Shown: in pieces, positions 27,476 through 39,330 of the stretch
How the letters are laid out: every line of letters begins with the position of its first letter
How positions within the stretch are numbered: position 1 is the first letter of the stretch
Source: Lytechinus pictus
Taxonomy: Eukaryota
Assembly (NCBI RefSeq): GCF_037042905.1
Contig: NC_087250.1
Coordinates: forward strand, 21,640,001-21,704,000
Direction of reading: 5' to 3'
DNA: 64,000 bases
Translations under genes and position numbers: made by a program
Notes under the pieces: model-generated
The model's input: only the letters and a program-made list of their open reading frames with translations
What the model was told of the DNA's origin: nothing
The model's database searches: none

Positions 27476-28139
27476 ACCCTGCAATGTATAGCATAAACAA
27501 AAATGAATCATGTGGATATGTACATTCCCGATCTTTTACTCTTCTCATATAATTACTCCTTCGTTTTCCTTGCGCACACACACATTAGAATATTGGTACC
27601 AACACCCCCCCCCCCCCTCTCAGGCGGTTATTTCAATTATAAATTATCTTCAATTATCTTTACATTGAATGTCCACTCCTGTTATAACAATGTGCATGGA
27701 CAAGTGAAATAATTATCCTTGCACATAGGACTGATGAAATGAATCAAGGTAAATTTGTAGCATTGTATTGAAACCTTGTTAATTTCCACATGCACAATAT
27801 AACAGGATTGGACTGTAAACTTGCTCTGGTAAATCAATCCCTCAGTCTCTTGAAATCTGTACCAAAAAACATCAGAGAATGACAAAAGTCACAAAAAACA
27901 TCTATATGGTATTTAAACTAGGAATTTAATGAAAGAAAATTATGTTACAAACTGTAACATGCTGTGTATAATTCTTGTATTATGTGTCAACAAAGATCAT
28001 TAACTTACACAGTAAATATGTAGTCAATCCAATTTTTACATGCTAGCTTGGAGACAAAATTTGAATATAATGCATCTAAGCATTTACCTTCAATAAATAA
28101 TATGTACTATTTTTAAAGGAATGATAAAGGAGTCTTTTT

Positions 28140-30822
28140 TTAATGATTATTTATTGAGATCTTGGGGCCCTCACTGGCTCTGAAGAGGAAACGTGAAACA
28201 GGTACCTTCCTTTCCTGTAGTGGCACTTTGCTGGTAGATGCGATGTATCTGAAGATTAGAAAAAAAAAACCAATGGAATGAAAAATAATAAGTACAGTGA
28301 ATACCGTAATACAAAATTTCAGTGGTGTAAAATTATATCTGCACATAAAGAAAATACATGGGATAGTGAAACTTCTCTAAGTTCCATATTTCAATGATTC
28401 AATTATAAATGATAGACAGCACATCATCATTTTTATTACAACATGTATAGTAAGTTCACATGGTCTTGGGAATACTTCTGAAATTGACATCGCAGAGATG
28501 AAATTGCCTCAACCTTATACCTATACATTTATTTTAATAATAAAGACTTAGACTATGTATGTTTGCATATATGTATCTAGGAGTCTATGTTGCACATTAT
28601 CTGCTAACATCTGATGGGTATTTCATGATTGTCAGTGCCGACTATTTCAGTGAAATCATTGCTTTTGATTGGCTGAGAAGCACTGGCCTCTGACTGTTAC
28701 TATGGTAACTGTCGGAAAAAGACAACTTGTTGATGCTGACAACTTTCAAAAAGCAGTTCCCAGAACATGTTTAAAAACGCAAGACAAAGCAAAAAAAAAA
28801 ATGAAATACAAAATTTTATCCGAGGATGGTCATGGCCGAAAATATTTACATCTAAATAATACTTGAGTAAAATTCACAGAGCAAAATGATGAAAATTTCA
28901 TCAAAATAGGATAACAAGAAGTTATTGAATTTTAAAGTTTATCAATATTTTGTGAAAACAGTTGTATGCACTTCGTCATGAATATTCATTAGGTGGGCTG
29001 ATGTCACATCTCCACTTTCCTTTTTTTTATGTTACTAGATGAAATCATAAATGTTTGATTTTTTCATACATGTGTAAATGATGCGTCTCCATTGTAATGA
29101 AATAAGTTGCGTCAATAACTAATGCACCTAATCAGTTGTCAATCCAATTGTCAATAGTTCTTGGTTAAAAATATCTTCATAAACCTAATCTCATATAATA
29201 AAATACAAAAGGGCAATTGGGATATGACATCATCAGCCAACCTAATGAATATTCATAAAGACATGCCTAGAACTATTTCACCGGAATAATGCAAATCTTT
29301 AAAATTCAAAACCTTAATTAATTATCAAATTTTGATCAAGTTTTCAGCATTTTGCTTTGTGAATTTTACTCTATTTATTGAGATATGTTTCCAGCCTGGA
29401 CCATCCCTTTAATTCTACTTCTACGGTACCCCCACACATACTGGTAAGTCAGAGGTAAAAAACAACGAGAACCAATTTAATTTCAAAGATAAAAAAATAC
29501 TCCAGCCTCCAGATTTAAGAAAAAATTCAGGAAATGTTATTTTAGTTCAGACTAATTGTGCACGTTTCATTTCGGAGGTCAATCTGAAATTATACTTCCA
29601 GTTCCAAATTCACGCCATTTGGTTATGCAAAAGCATGAATTAAAATTGATGGGCATGGGCCCATGTCACTGGCTAGCCTAGAGGACTCCATGAAGATAAT
29701 TTTATCATTTTTACATTGTATTTTCATCACGGAGCCTAGACAAGCCTCCTATAAGGTTGCTCGTACAACTGTGTAAACAAAGATAGATTTCCCTCGGAAA
29801 TCCACCTTTCCCATAATGATTTTTGGGCAAACATTAAATTTTTACATTTTGTAAGCCTTGATACTCTAAATGTGTACAAAGGCTTAAAAAAAAAATAATT
29901 GTAAAATGTACAAATTGGAAATTTTCTTACAAAAAGGATCACTTGCTTGCAGATCTTGTCCTCACTGCCTCTGAAGAGTTCACGTGCGACAGGTACATTC
30001 CTTCCCTGTACTGGCACACGTTCTTTGCTGGTAGATGCGATGTATCTGAATAACAATGGAGAGAAAAATAATCAGTACAGTGAACAGTGAATAAAAATAC
30101 GTCTATATTACAGTGAATAGCAATACATGTCTACACCTAAGGCGGGCAAGGGTTACTACAGAGTGTTGTAAAATTCCATTTGAACATTAAGAAAAATACA
30201 TGGGATTGTGAATCAATGATTCAACTATAATGATAAACAGCACATCATCATATTTATTTTAAAAAATGAGTAAGTTCACTTGGTCTTGGGAATACTTCTG
30301 AAATCGATGTCGCAGAGATCAGTCCTTCATGTTTATAATTCCATGGAGCTCAATAAATGGCTCTCCTTATGCCTCCGAATTTGCTTTCCTAGACACACTC
30401 AATTTTATAAAATGCTCAATTGTTGTAGATTGTTATTAAAATTGTAAATGCAACAGCTGTGTAGCTATTAATTAATCTGTGGTGAAACTAGGCTTGGGTC
30501 ATGTACAAAAATATCGCGCTCCTCAAAAAAAAAATTATAAGTAGGGTGTCCGAACTCATATTAGGCCTAAAAAAAGTGCTAGAATTTCATATTTTACATC
30601 TTTAAAACCATTAAATCACCATCTCTTTTCCATAATTCTCATAATAGAAGATACACAAAGACCCCAAAAGAAAACTTGACATCTGAATTACCTAACTTAC
30701 AGCCTCCTCATATGGAGGGCAGCAACGAAGTATTCGGATCTCCACTCCTGAGTCCTGGCGGTTCTGAGCTGGGCCTTCTTCTGGAAACTACCGGTACCCC
30801 AGGTCATGTTCACTGACTTCAT
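28140..30822 (-). CDS. Putative spliced 109-aa ORF of unknown function, complement(join(28140-28248,29947-30045,30701-30822))
   Basis: Acceptors tttcAG (before 30874), attcAG (before 30045) and cttcAG (before 28248). Donors GTAAGT (30700) and non-canonical GCAAGT (29946). The frame stays open across both junctions. No expression evidence. Confidence 0.35.
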
Positions 30823-30874
30823 CTCCTCCTCGAGGCTCAGTATGACTCCAGGTGGTTTTGGGTCTCCCTCTCTC
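30690..30874 (-). mobile_element. 3' terminal fragment of an RTE-clade LINE
   Basis: Frameshifted translation ERGRPKTTW.../EEEMKSVNMTWG..QKKAQ...EWRS..FVAAL resembles the RTE ORF2 C-terminus (RGRPKxTW...W...AQDRxxWRxxVxAL). Confidence 0.7.
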
Positions 30875-31589
30875 CTGAAATACACAGTCAAAAAGTGATA
30901 AACAGCTATTCATGAAAAAATCAGACTCTTAAAATGGTGGAAAAAATAATGAATTTCGATTTTCGGCATTTCAAAATCTCATCAAAATCCTCAAATCGTG
31001 TGTAAAGTGATTGGTGCGCAGACACGAGGCGCTGGCCACTATCATAATGTTAAATCTGAAATTGAAAATCATAACTGGCTGAGTCTCAGATTTTTTCCAA
31101 GACCAAGAAAATCAGTTTCACATTCGATCACATATCTCTCTCATTTACTTATAACAATATATGGAACAATATCAACTGAAAGATTTTGTGAAATAAAAAG
31201 AAATTCATGTTAAATCTTAACACAAATCGTAAGGTCAATATGATGTATGTGCGCAGACTTGAACCGGCATGGCAGCCACACATCCACGCCCGGCTAGTCC
31301 CGGCCGGCAGGCAGCGCTGAGGGGCAGTAACAGGATGTCCTGACGAACAGCTAACGTTACAGCTAGCCCCGCAGCTAGCTGCGAGCCGCGCCATTTAACA
31401 AACTACGAAAAGAAAATCATAGAAAATTGTTAACTTACCTGTAGAGCCTACTGCGAATGTCTTAGCTTTCAAGTCATTGTCCAAATCTGGTCCGTGTGAT
31501 TTCAGTGGTTGAATTATTATTAAAACGGCCTTCTTTACCCTTCTTTATCGCACTAGCACTCGATAAAAGTGCGGTGCAAATTAACGGCG

Positions 31590-31750
31590 CGGCGAAGATG
31601 GCTCTTTCAAATTCAAATTAGATTGGCGGTTTGCGTTTTGGCGGCGCTGGTTAATTTGCATAATTATACGGACGATAGCGATCAGTGGCACTCAGTGCGC
31701 ATGCGCAGGCCCGCCCGCGCCCGGTGATTGAAGGAAGATCTGCTGAGTCA
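31590..31750 (-). promoter_or_regulatory. Pol II promoter-like motif cluster inside the transposon
   Basis: Perfect NRF1-type TGCGCATGCGCA 31696-31707, GC box 31710-31716, octamer ATTTGCAT 31654-31661, E2F-like TTTGGCGG, CCAAT on the minus strand (about 31622-31626), TTTGAA twice, and YY1-like GCCATCTT. CpG-rich over 31250-31730. Minus-strand donor CAG|GTAAGT at 31438. Confidence 0.65.
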
Positions 31751-33064
31751 GGAATAACGAAGGGGGGGGGGGTCTAAAGCAAGAAAGAAGTTTTAAAATA
31801 GAAATACGAACTTCTTAACATACAAATTTCTTCTTGTTTGGTTTTGGTTGGCAACCAGTCAAGAAATGACGATTTTTGCCTCTGCTTTTGGAGCTTTTTT
31901 TTTTCTTTGAAAGTTTAAGAATGAATTAGCTTAATATTTGTTCTTTATTTCTATTTTATTTATTTTCTTTTTATTTGAAAGATAAAGATAGCCTTGCTTA
32001 ACATGGCAAGGTTGTAAACTAGCAATAAATATGCGCGATATAAATAGAAAAAAAATAGCTATTCTATTCACCTTCAAAAATATTTTTAAAATATCAGTGA
32101 GTTAAAAAAAGAAAAATACATTAATTTTTATGTGATTTGTAAAAATAGTGTAAAATAGTCCTCTTTAACTTAAATTAAAAAAAAGGGATTAAATAGGAAG
32201 AATTTTTTTTTCTCGCAACAAATATCTAGGATAACAATTTTTTTAATGTAAACTAGAAAATTTCACTGAGAATAACATGTTTCGATTTAAGTTATATGGT
32301 AATATCGAACCACATACTTTAATGAAATTTTTCAAGGTGGAAATATTAAAATTAACATAAAGAATAATTAAGTTAGTTATTATGTAGATATTTTTTTCCT
32401 CTTATCCTCAATCGAGCTGTGTATAGGATGGATAAATGCATGGCATTTATTGTGGTAAAAGGCTGAATTACATGAATTTGTACAGAGCAAAATTTCAGTA
32501 AACAAATAAGCAAAAAAAAAATAACAAAGTAAACTAATGTATAATATTGGAAAGGGGATACAAAAAGAAAAGTATACAGGGAGGGGGGGGGGAGTAATGT
32601 CAAAAGCAGGAACGGGCAAAGGTTGGGAGTAGGCTAAATGTATATACCTTTAACATAATGAACATTTTCACATAAATATATATTTAACCAATGTTGAATG
32701 AATAACAATACATGTAGATTAAAGAAAAGATTGTATGAAATAATACTTGCTTTTTTTTAAGAAAAGTAACGCTTTGTTGATGGTAACAATAATAATAGTT
32801 ATAGGAAACACATTCATGAATGATAATCATAAAGAATTATCTCAAAAGGAATTAAAAACAAAGATAAGAGGACTTTGAAGTAATATGATCTGTACAAAAA
32901 ATATAAATATTAATGTAAAGTGGGTTACAGCTATATTGAGCCAGTGACTTGTCGGATAAGAAATTTGAATGATTACTGCAGATATCAACAATTACAAAAA
33001 TATTTCAAAAGTCAGTTTAAGAGAAGCGACAAATAAAACAACAAAGGTATGAAAACATAGTTCT

Positions 33065-33095
<31 letters not shown>

Positions 33096-33180
33096 AACTC
33101 TGTTGGAAATAAGTACAATGCATTACCACTATGCCTCTAATATACATATATATATATGTATATATTATATATGTATACAC

Positions 33181-34410
33181 GGGTTCTTACTAGAATCAGC
33201 TGGTAAGTCCTATTGGTTCTAACTGGTATCATTTGGTTTGATATTCCAGTATGGTTAATGGGTTTCAAGTGGGTTATGGGTGGCCTATGGGTTCCAACTG
33301 GTATAATCTGTTCCAGTTTGGTTTATGGGTTTTAACTGAAATCAGCTGGTAGATATATACTGGTAATGCCTATTGGTTCTAACTGGTATCAATTGGTTTG
33401 ATATTCCAGTATGGTAAATGGGTTTCAAGTGGGTTATGGGAGGTCTATGGGTTCCAACTGGTAAAATATGTCCCAGTTTAATTGATTTATGGGTTTTAAC
33501 TGGAATCAACTGGTAGTATACCAGTAATGTATGTTGATTTTAACTGGTATCAATTGGTTTGATATTCCAGTATGGTTAATGGGTTTCAAGTGGGTTATGG
33601 GAGGTCTATGGGTTCCAACTGGTAAAATATGTTCCAGTTTGGTTTATGGGTTTTAACTGGAATCAACTGGTAGTATACCAGTAATGTATGCTGGTTTAAC
33701 TGGTATCAATGGGTTTGAAATTCCAGTATGGTTAATGGGTTTCAAGTGGGTTATGGGAGGTCTATGGGTTCCAACTGGTATAATCTGCTCCAGTATGGTT
33801 TATGGCTTTTAACTGGAATCAGCTGGTAGATATGCCAGTAATGCCTATATTGGTTCTAACTGGTATCCATTGGTTTGATATTCCAGTATGGTTAATGGGT
33901 TTCAAGTGGGGTTATGGGAGGTCTATGGGTTCCAACTGGAACACTCTGATCCAGTTTGGTTTATGGGTTTTAACTGGAATCAACTGGTAGGTATACCAGT
34001 AATGCATGTTGGTTCTAACTGGTATCAATTGGTTTAATGATATACCAGTATGGTTTATGGGTTTAAGGTGGCATTAACTGGTATATACACCCATTGGGTT
34101 TCTATGGGTTCCAACTGGCATCAAATGGTCCAGTTTGGCTAATGGGTTTTAAACTGGAATCTATTGGTAGATAAACCAGAAAGGCCTATTGGTTTTAACT
34201 GGTATTAACTGGTGTACTAATTTATACCAGTATAGTTAATTGGTTTCAACTGGAATAAACTTGTATGTTTTCAGCATGTCCAGTTGAGACAATGGGTTTC
34301 AACTGGAATATACTGGCATGGTGGGAGTTTACCAGTTGTGCCAATTGGTTTCAACTGGTACCAGTTGACTCCAGTTGAAACCAGTTAAAATTTCAACTGG
34401 TTTCAACTGG
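33181..34410. repeat. Right subterminal array, ~160-bp unit (~6-7 copies), AACTGG-rich
   Basis: gatattccagtatgg or close variants recur near 33240, 33400, 33561, 33718, 33878 and 34040. Confidence 0.92.
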
Positions 34411-36249
34411 TTTTTTTACCTGGGTTAATGCTGTATGGTTCAGTCAAGTTGGCCTAATCATCAAATCTGTAAAAAGAGGAATAGTGTATAATTCAAACAA
34501 TAAAAAACAAAAGAATTGGTGATTGAGGGATGTCATCGACAGTCTCATTTGCTTATTTTGTATATTTGCTGAGTTGTGCATATCACTTTTTTTTGTGAAA
34601 AATAAGCGAAGCTTTAGAATATTACAACTTCGATGAAATTTTCAGCATTATACTACATGTAGTTTGGTTTTTCTCTAGATAAAGTTTTTGAAATCAACAT
34701 TTTTCTTGGGTGGACTTGACCTTTGAATACAGAACACTCGCTCTACACTCAGTAGGCCTACAGTATGTTGCATTGACAAATTTTATAATGACTGTGAAAT
34801 ACTGTACAGTGTACACAGGTTCGTCAAACATACATGTGAAGCTAATATTGGATAATTGATCAGCCACCAATGTAAACAGGATGCTTGGCACAGGTGTCTA
34901 AAAATTACACTAGGGCCGTCTGCACCAGCCTGAGTTTTCAAATTAGTGTGGTATTTCTGATCTGGCAGATCATCCCGATCCAAACAATATCAAGATTATT
35001 TGCAATGGAGACGCAATTATCGCGCTAGTTCACTGGATTAATCTCGAGATTGCAATCCCAAGTCAACTTAGGATTGCAAAATAGCACGCTATTTTACAAA
35101 AAAATCATGCTAATTCGCACTTCACAGGTGCAGACGCACTCAGGATTATTTGTGCGATGCGTCTGCCGTCACACCTTAATGCATCGATTCCTCGCTGGAG
35201 CAGGAATCACTCTTCTTGCGATGGTGGAGACAGGGTTTCTTGAATCTCGAGATTAATCACGAAGAGGCCCAATCAGGCTAAAATCTCGAGATTGAGCAAA
35301 CTCGGGCTGGTGCCGCACCGCCTACTGACTCAATGTAGGGTTGGTGGGGGTTGGATATCCACTCACTTTCTTTTATCTGATTTCAAAAATGAAACAAAAT
35401 AAATGAAATAAAAATAGCACATATTTTTATTGTTTGATGTTTCCATTTGTATCTCATTATCAAATTATAAAAGTTGAAATACGTGTCCCGCCTGCAAAAT
35501 TCTGTATATATCGCCGTCCTGGAATCATGTGTCTCAGAGACAGGCAATGTATTGGTCAACGAATAAATCACGCATACATTGTCGAGGACATGGGGCAAAT
35601 TTCCCTTCAGAAAAGCCAAAGAGAGCCTTGGAAATTCATATAATCCAATGTAAATTGCCTACATTATATGGCTGGTTAGCTAAAAAGGTATCAAAGTCTC
35701 TGAAAATTTTGTGTTAATTTTTCGTGTAATTGGCATGTTACTGCTTTTAATTAATGCCTGTTTTTCAAGCCACTTGCTTGCTGATCTAATGATTATTTCA
35801 TGTATTCATAACATTTTTTTGTGAGGGAGTTATTCAATCAGAAAGTGGGAGGCATGGTCCCGAATCTATATCATTAGGGAGCAATATATATACAATACAT
35901 GTTTTTGTAAAATTATTTTCCTGACCAACACACCCCCTTGGCTTTCATTTTTTTTCTTGCCAAAAGCCCATTTCATCTTGGAGTAATATTGCCATTTTTT
36001 TTTTACTAAAACCCTGAAAATACTCAGCACCCCCTCTTTAAAAGACGTTCCCAGGGCCCCGGTGGGAGGTGGCACATTTGCAATGATACATTTCCCATGC
36101 CTCCAAGTAGGAATACACAATAAAGTTACATAGCTACTTACCTTGACCTTAATTTGACTTTGGAAAGGGTCAGGTGATCGATGTCAATTTGTCATGTGAC
36201 AGGGGAGTGTCTGATGATTTATCTTGTCAGCGATAATTGCCACTGACTA

Positions 36250-37280
36250 ATTTGTTCTTCAGGAGGAAATAGGATGTCGGGATTTTAGTAGCTTATATCA
36301 GTCAGTAAAAATCATTGACTATAGATCTGTAAAGTGCTCCCCAGATGTCAAATAATTCACAACATGCTAAATTATTTACAGTAGCCAATCAGATGCCCGA
36401 GTTTCAGTAGCTTTTAACAAGATTTTAGTAGCTTAAAACAGTGAGTGAAAATCATTGATTATAGATCTGTAACGTGCTCCCCAGATATATCAAATAATTC
36501 ACAACATGATAAATAATTCACAGTAGCCAATCAAATTTAAGAGTTTCAGTAGCTTTTAATAGCCTTGAGTGTAAATCCTGACCACAGGTATTAATGCTGT
36601 TTGTCATGAAATGCTCCTCAAATGTCAAATATATATATGTCACACCATACCAAATTAATTGAGCCAATCAGATGCCAGAGCTTCAGTAGCTTTAAACAGT
36701 TGTCAGTGAAAATCACTCACTATTTGATTCGTGAAATCCCCTGGGTGGTATCCAGATGTCAATTATTCACAGTAGCCAATCAGATTTTAGAGTTTCAGTA
36801 GCTTTTAACCGTTGTAGTATTTGTTGCATGAATCCAGATGTCAATTATTCACAGTAGCCAATCAGATTTTAGAGTTTCAGTAGCTTTTAACAGTTGTAGT
36901 ATTTGTTGCATGAATCCAGATGTCAATTATTCACAGTAGCCAATCAGATTTTAGAGTTTCAGTAGCTTTTAACAGTTGTAGTATTTGTTTCATGAATCCA
37001 GGGGGGCGTTTCATCAATATTTTTGTCCGACAAGTTGTCAGATCTGACAACTTTCCTGGATTCTGATTGGTTGAGAAGCACTGTTACTATAGTAACTGTC
37101 GGATTAAACAGGACTTGTCGGATAAAACGTCCGACAGGTCCTTTCATGAAACGCTCCCCAGATGTCAATTATTCACAGTAGCCAATCAGATTTAAGAGCT
37201 TCAGTAGCTTTTAACTGTTGTGAGTGACAATCACTGAATTTGTTTCATGAATCCAGATGTCAAATTATTCACACTACATT
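36250..37280. repeat. Degenerate tandem array (82-bp unit in its best part) containing AGCCAATCAG
   Basis: ccagatgtcaattattcacagtagccaatcagattttagagtttcagtagcttttaac is repeated, at 82-bp spacing between about 36752 and 37000. Confidence 0.85.
37002..37158. mobile_element. Small Harbinger-like MITE (related remnants at about 26430-26605, 28610-28765 and 63348-63465)
   Basis: GGGGGCGTTTCAT...ATGAAACGCTCCC with a CAG TSD, inserted in a tandem array. Confidence 0.75.
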
Positions 37281-37574
37281 GGATTCTCATGCCATGTCTT
37301 TTGGGGTACCGTATCACATGATATTACATGTAGGGATATGATTTATTATACAGATCAATAGGCAGAGGAAAGTTTCTCTTACTATATATACATTTCATTC
37401 CTTTGTAAAGCCATTTGATTTTCTCATTCAACATTAAGTTGAGATTATTAAAGGAACTTAATTTTACTCAAAGTTGCACTGTAGGACTGGTGTACATGTA
37501 CATGTACTTCTAGCACCTGAAACTACATCATTTAAACACTTTGAGGCAAGGTCTGTTCAGAATGCAAAATAATT

Positions 37575-37833
37575 AATACCAGTTAACATGGTCATAGCGC
37601 ATCACTGCCAAATGCTTCCCTATGCGCTCAATGGGATATTACATGTAGTACTATCACCCTGGCTTTAGCCTCGCTGCCCTTTACAGCACGGTGGCATTTC
37701 AATCTCACCTGAGTTGAGTGCAGCACAATGTGGATAAATTTCTAGCTGGAGGAAATTACACCATGGCCTGAATTCAAACCCACAACCCTCTGTTTCAAAA
37801 TCAGAAGACTAATCCACTGGGCCACAATGCTCC
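37575..37833 (-). mobile_element. tRNA-derived SINE (decayed)
   Basis: Minus strand reads GGAGCATTGTGGCCCAGTGGATTAGTC...GTGGGTTTGAATTC, followed by SINE body. Confidence 0.6.
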
Positions 37834-37845
37834 AAATATATGGTA

Positions 37846-38323
37846 AGGTGGTTTCAGACCGCCTCAAAGTTCGCCAGTTCCAGGTATTCTCTGATCGGGA
37901 AATTTACCCCGATCAGAAAATACCAGGTATTTTGGCGGTGTGAAAGCAAACTATGTGTAATATCCCCGAAAGAAAATACCCGATAAATAGTAGGTACTTG
38001 GCGAAATTACGAGAACTTTCGCGGGGATTTTTCCAAGGTCGTGGGTATTTTGGCGGTCTGAAAGCAAATTACGGGAACTTTTAGCTCAGCGTGTCGTTGG
38101 GTGCGGCGCCGTGCATGGGTTGCTGCTGGGCTAGTGATTTTGAATTTCGCACCTTGCTGTTTATCAGACCATACTGCGCATGCTCGTAACTTCAGGAACT
38201 TATCCCGAAGGGTATGTTTCAGGGCGGTGTGAATGCAGGAATAATTAATGGGTATTTTTCAGCCTAAAAAAGTTCTCGTAATTTAACGGGGATTCTTGTG
38301 ATCGAGGCGGTTTGAAACCACCT
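37846..38323. mobile_element. PIF/Harbinger-like MITE (second copy at 53710-54185)
   Basis: TIR AGGTGGTTTCAGACCGCC. 3-bp TSDs GTA/GTA here and ATT/ATT at the second copy. Confidence 0.85.
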
Positions 38324-39330
38324 GTAGAGTCCTCAGAAATACCCCCCCCCCCCAAAAGGTAACTTTTTAAAATAATGACCTTAACTTTCACTTCCCATCA
38401 ACAAACATGTCATTCACATGCCAAGGATAATGAGGGGCAAACCTGCCACGTTGCAAATAAAAATTCAGTTTGTTCTTGTACCAGTACATAGCATTTAATA
38501 TACCACTTTCTTGTACCAGTACATAGCATTTAATATTCCACTTTCTTGTACCATTCAATATACCTCTCTCTTGTACCAGTACATAATTTGCAGTAATTAA
38601 TACCATGAGGGTACCAGTTATTATTTGATAGTTGTTTATGAAGACCATGTCTTAAAATATGCAAGATGTGATTGACCCTATCACTTTCAACTATGGAAAG
38701 CCAGTGTAATTCTTTGCGTAATGTTATCCCCTTGTGTTACAAGAAGGATGGAGCTGTATCAAACCAAACAATGATTTTGCTTAAGTTTTATTTTATCATT
38801 TTATGAGCTACATGTATATCAAGACAGTGATGGCTTAACTTTATCGTGCCCTTTGTAAGACAGGTCCCAGTTATTTCATTCCAACAGGGAGCTTTCTAAC
38901 TTGGCTGATTAGAATGAAGCCTTGGACTGCACAATTATGATAATAATAATAATGTCATATTTTACCCATGGTAGGCACTTCAGTTCTGAAAACTGTTCTC
39001 CCAGCAGACACTGCTGTTTACCCCGGCTTTAGCATGGCTACCTTGATCGGGTAATGGAGTATTTGATCAATTTCTTCCTACCCATTCACCTTACCTGGGT
39101 TGAATCATTCTTGTTGAGATCTTTCATATGACCAAATGCTAATCAAAGTTAGTTCCTGGGAGTGGGAATACATGTCAAAATAAACAACTCATGTGACATT
39201 TATCGATTGATCTTTGTATGTTGACTTGTTGTACATGCCAATTTTCACCCTTTCCCCCATGAAGTTTAACAACTTTTGTTTGCTTAATTCATGTTGGTTC
39301 TTTCTTCTCATTCTCTGAACAGTCTAAATC

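Larger units (their letters stand above)
26905..34424. mobile_element. 7.5-kb non-autonomous CACTA/EnSpm(CMC)-like DNA transposon with cargo
   Basis: TIRs CCCAGGTCAAAAAACCAGTT / AACTGGTTTTTTTACCTGGG, 2-bp TT TSD and long subterminal arrays. It splits a MITE whose halves rejoin collinearly with the intact copy at 22263-22849. Confidence 0.82.

Noticed and set aside
28390..28435. C/D snoRNA in the duplicated intron (minus-strand ATGATGA; also about 30213-30252)
   Set aside because: A C-box-like motif is present but there is no CTGA D box or terminal stem at a suitable distance.
31340..31415. Hammerhead ribozyme (CTGACGA core)
   Set aside because: No stem II closed by a properly placed GAAA, and no stem III with a cleavage triplet.
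26905..34424. piggyBac assignment for the 7.5-kb element (CCC...GGG ends)
   Set aside because: TTAA occurs only on the right flank, and the reconstructed empty site fits a 2-bp TT duplication.
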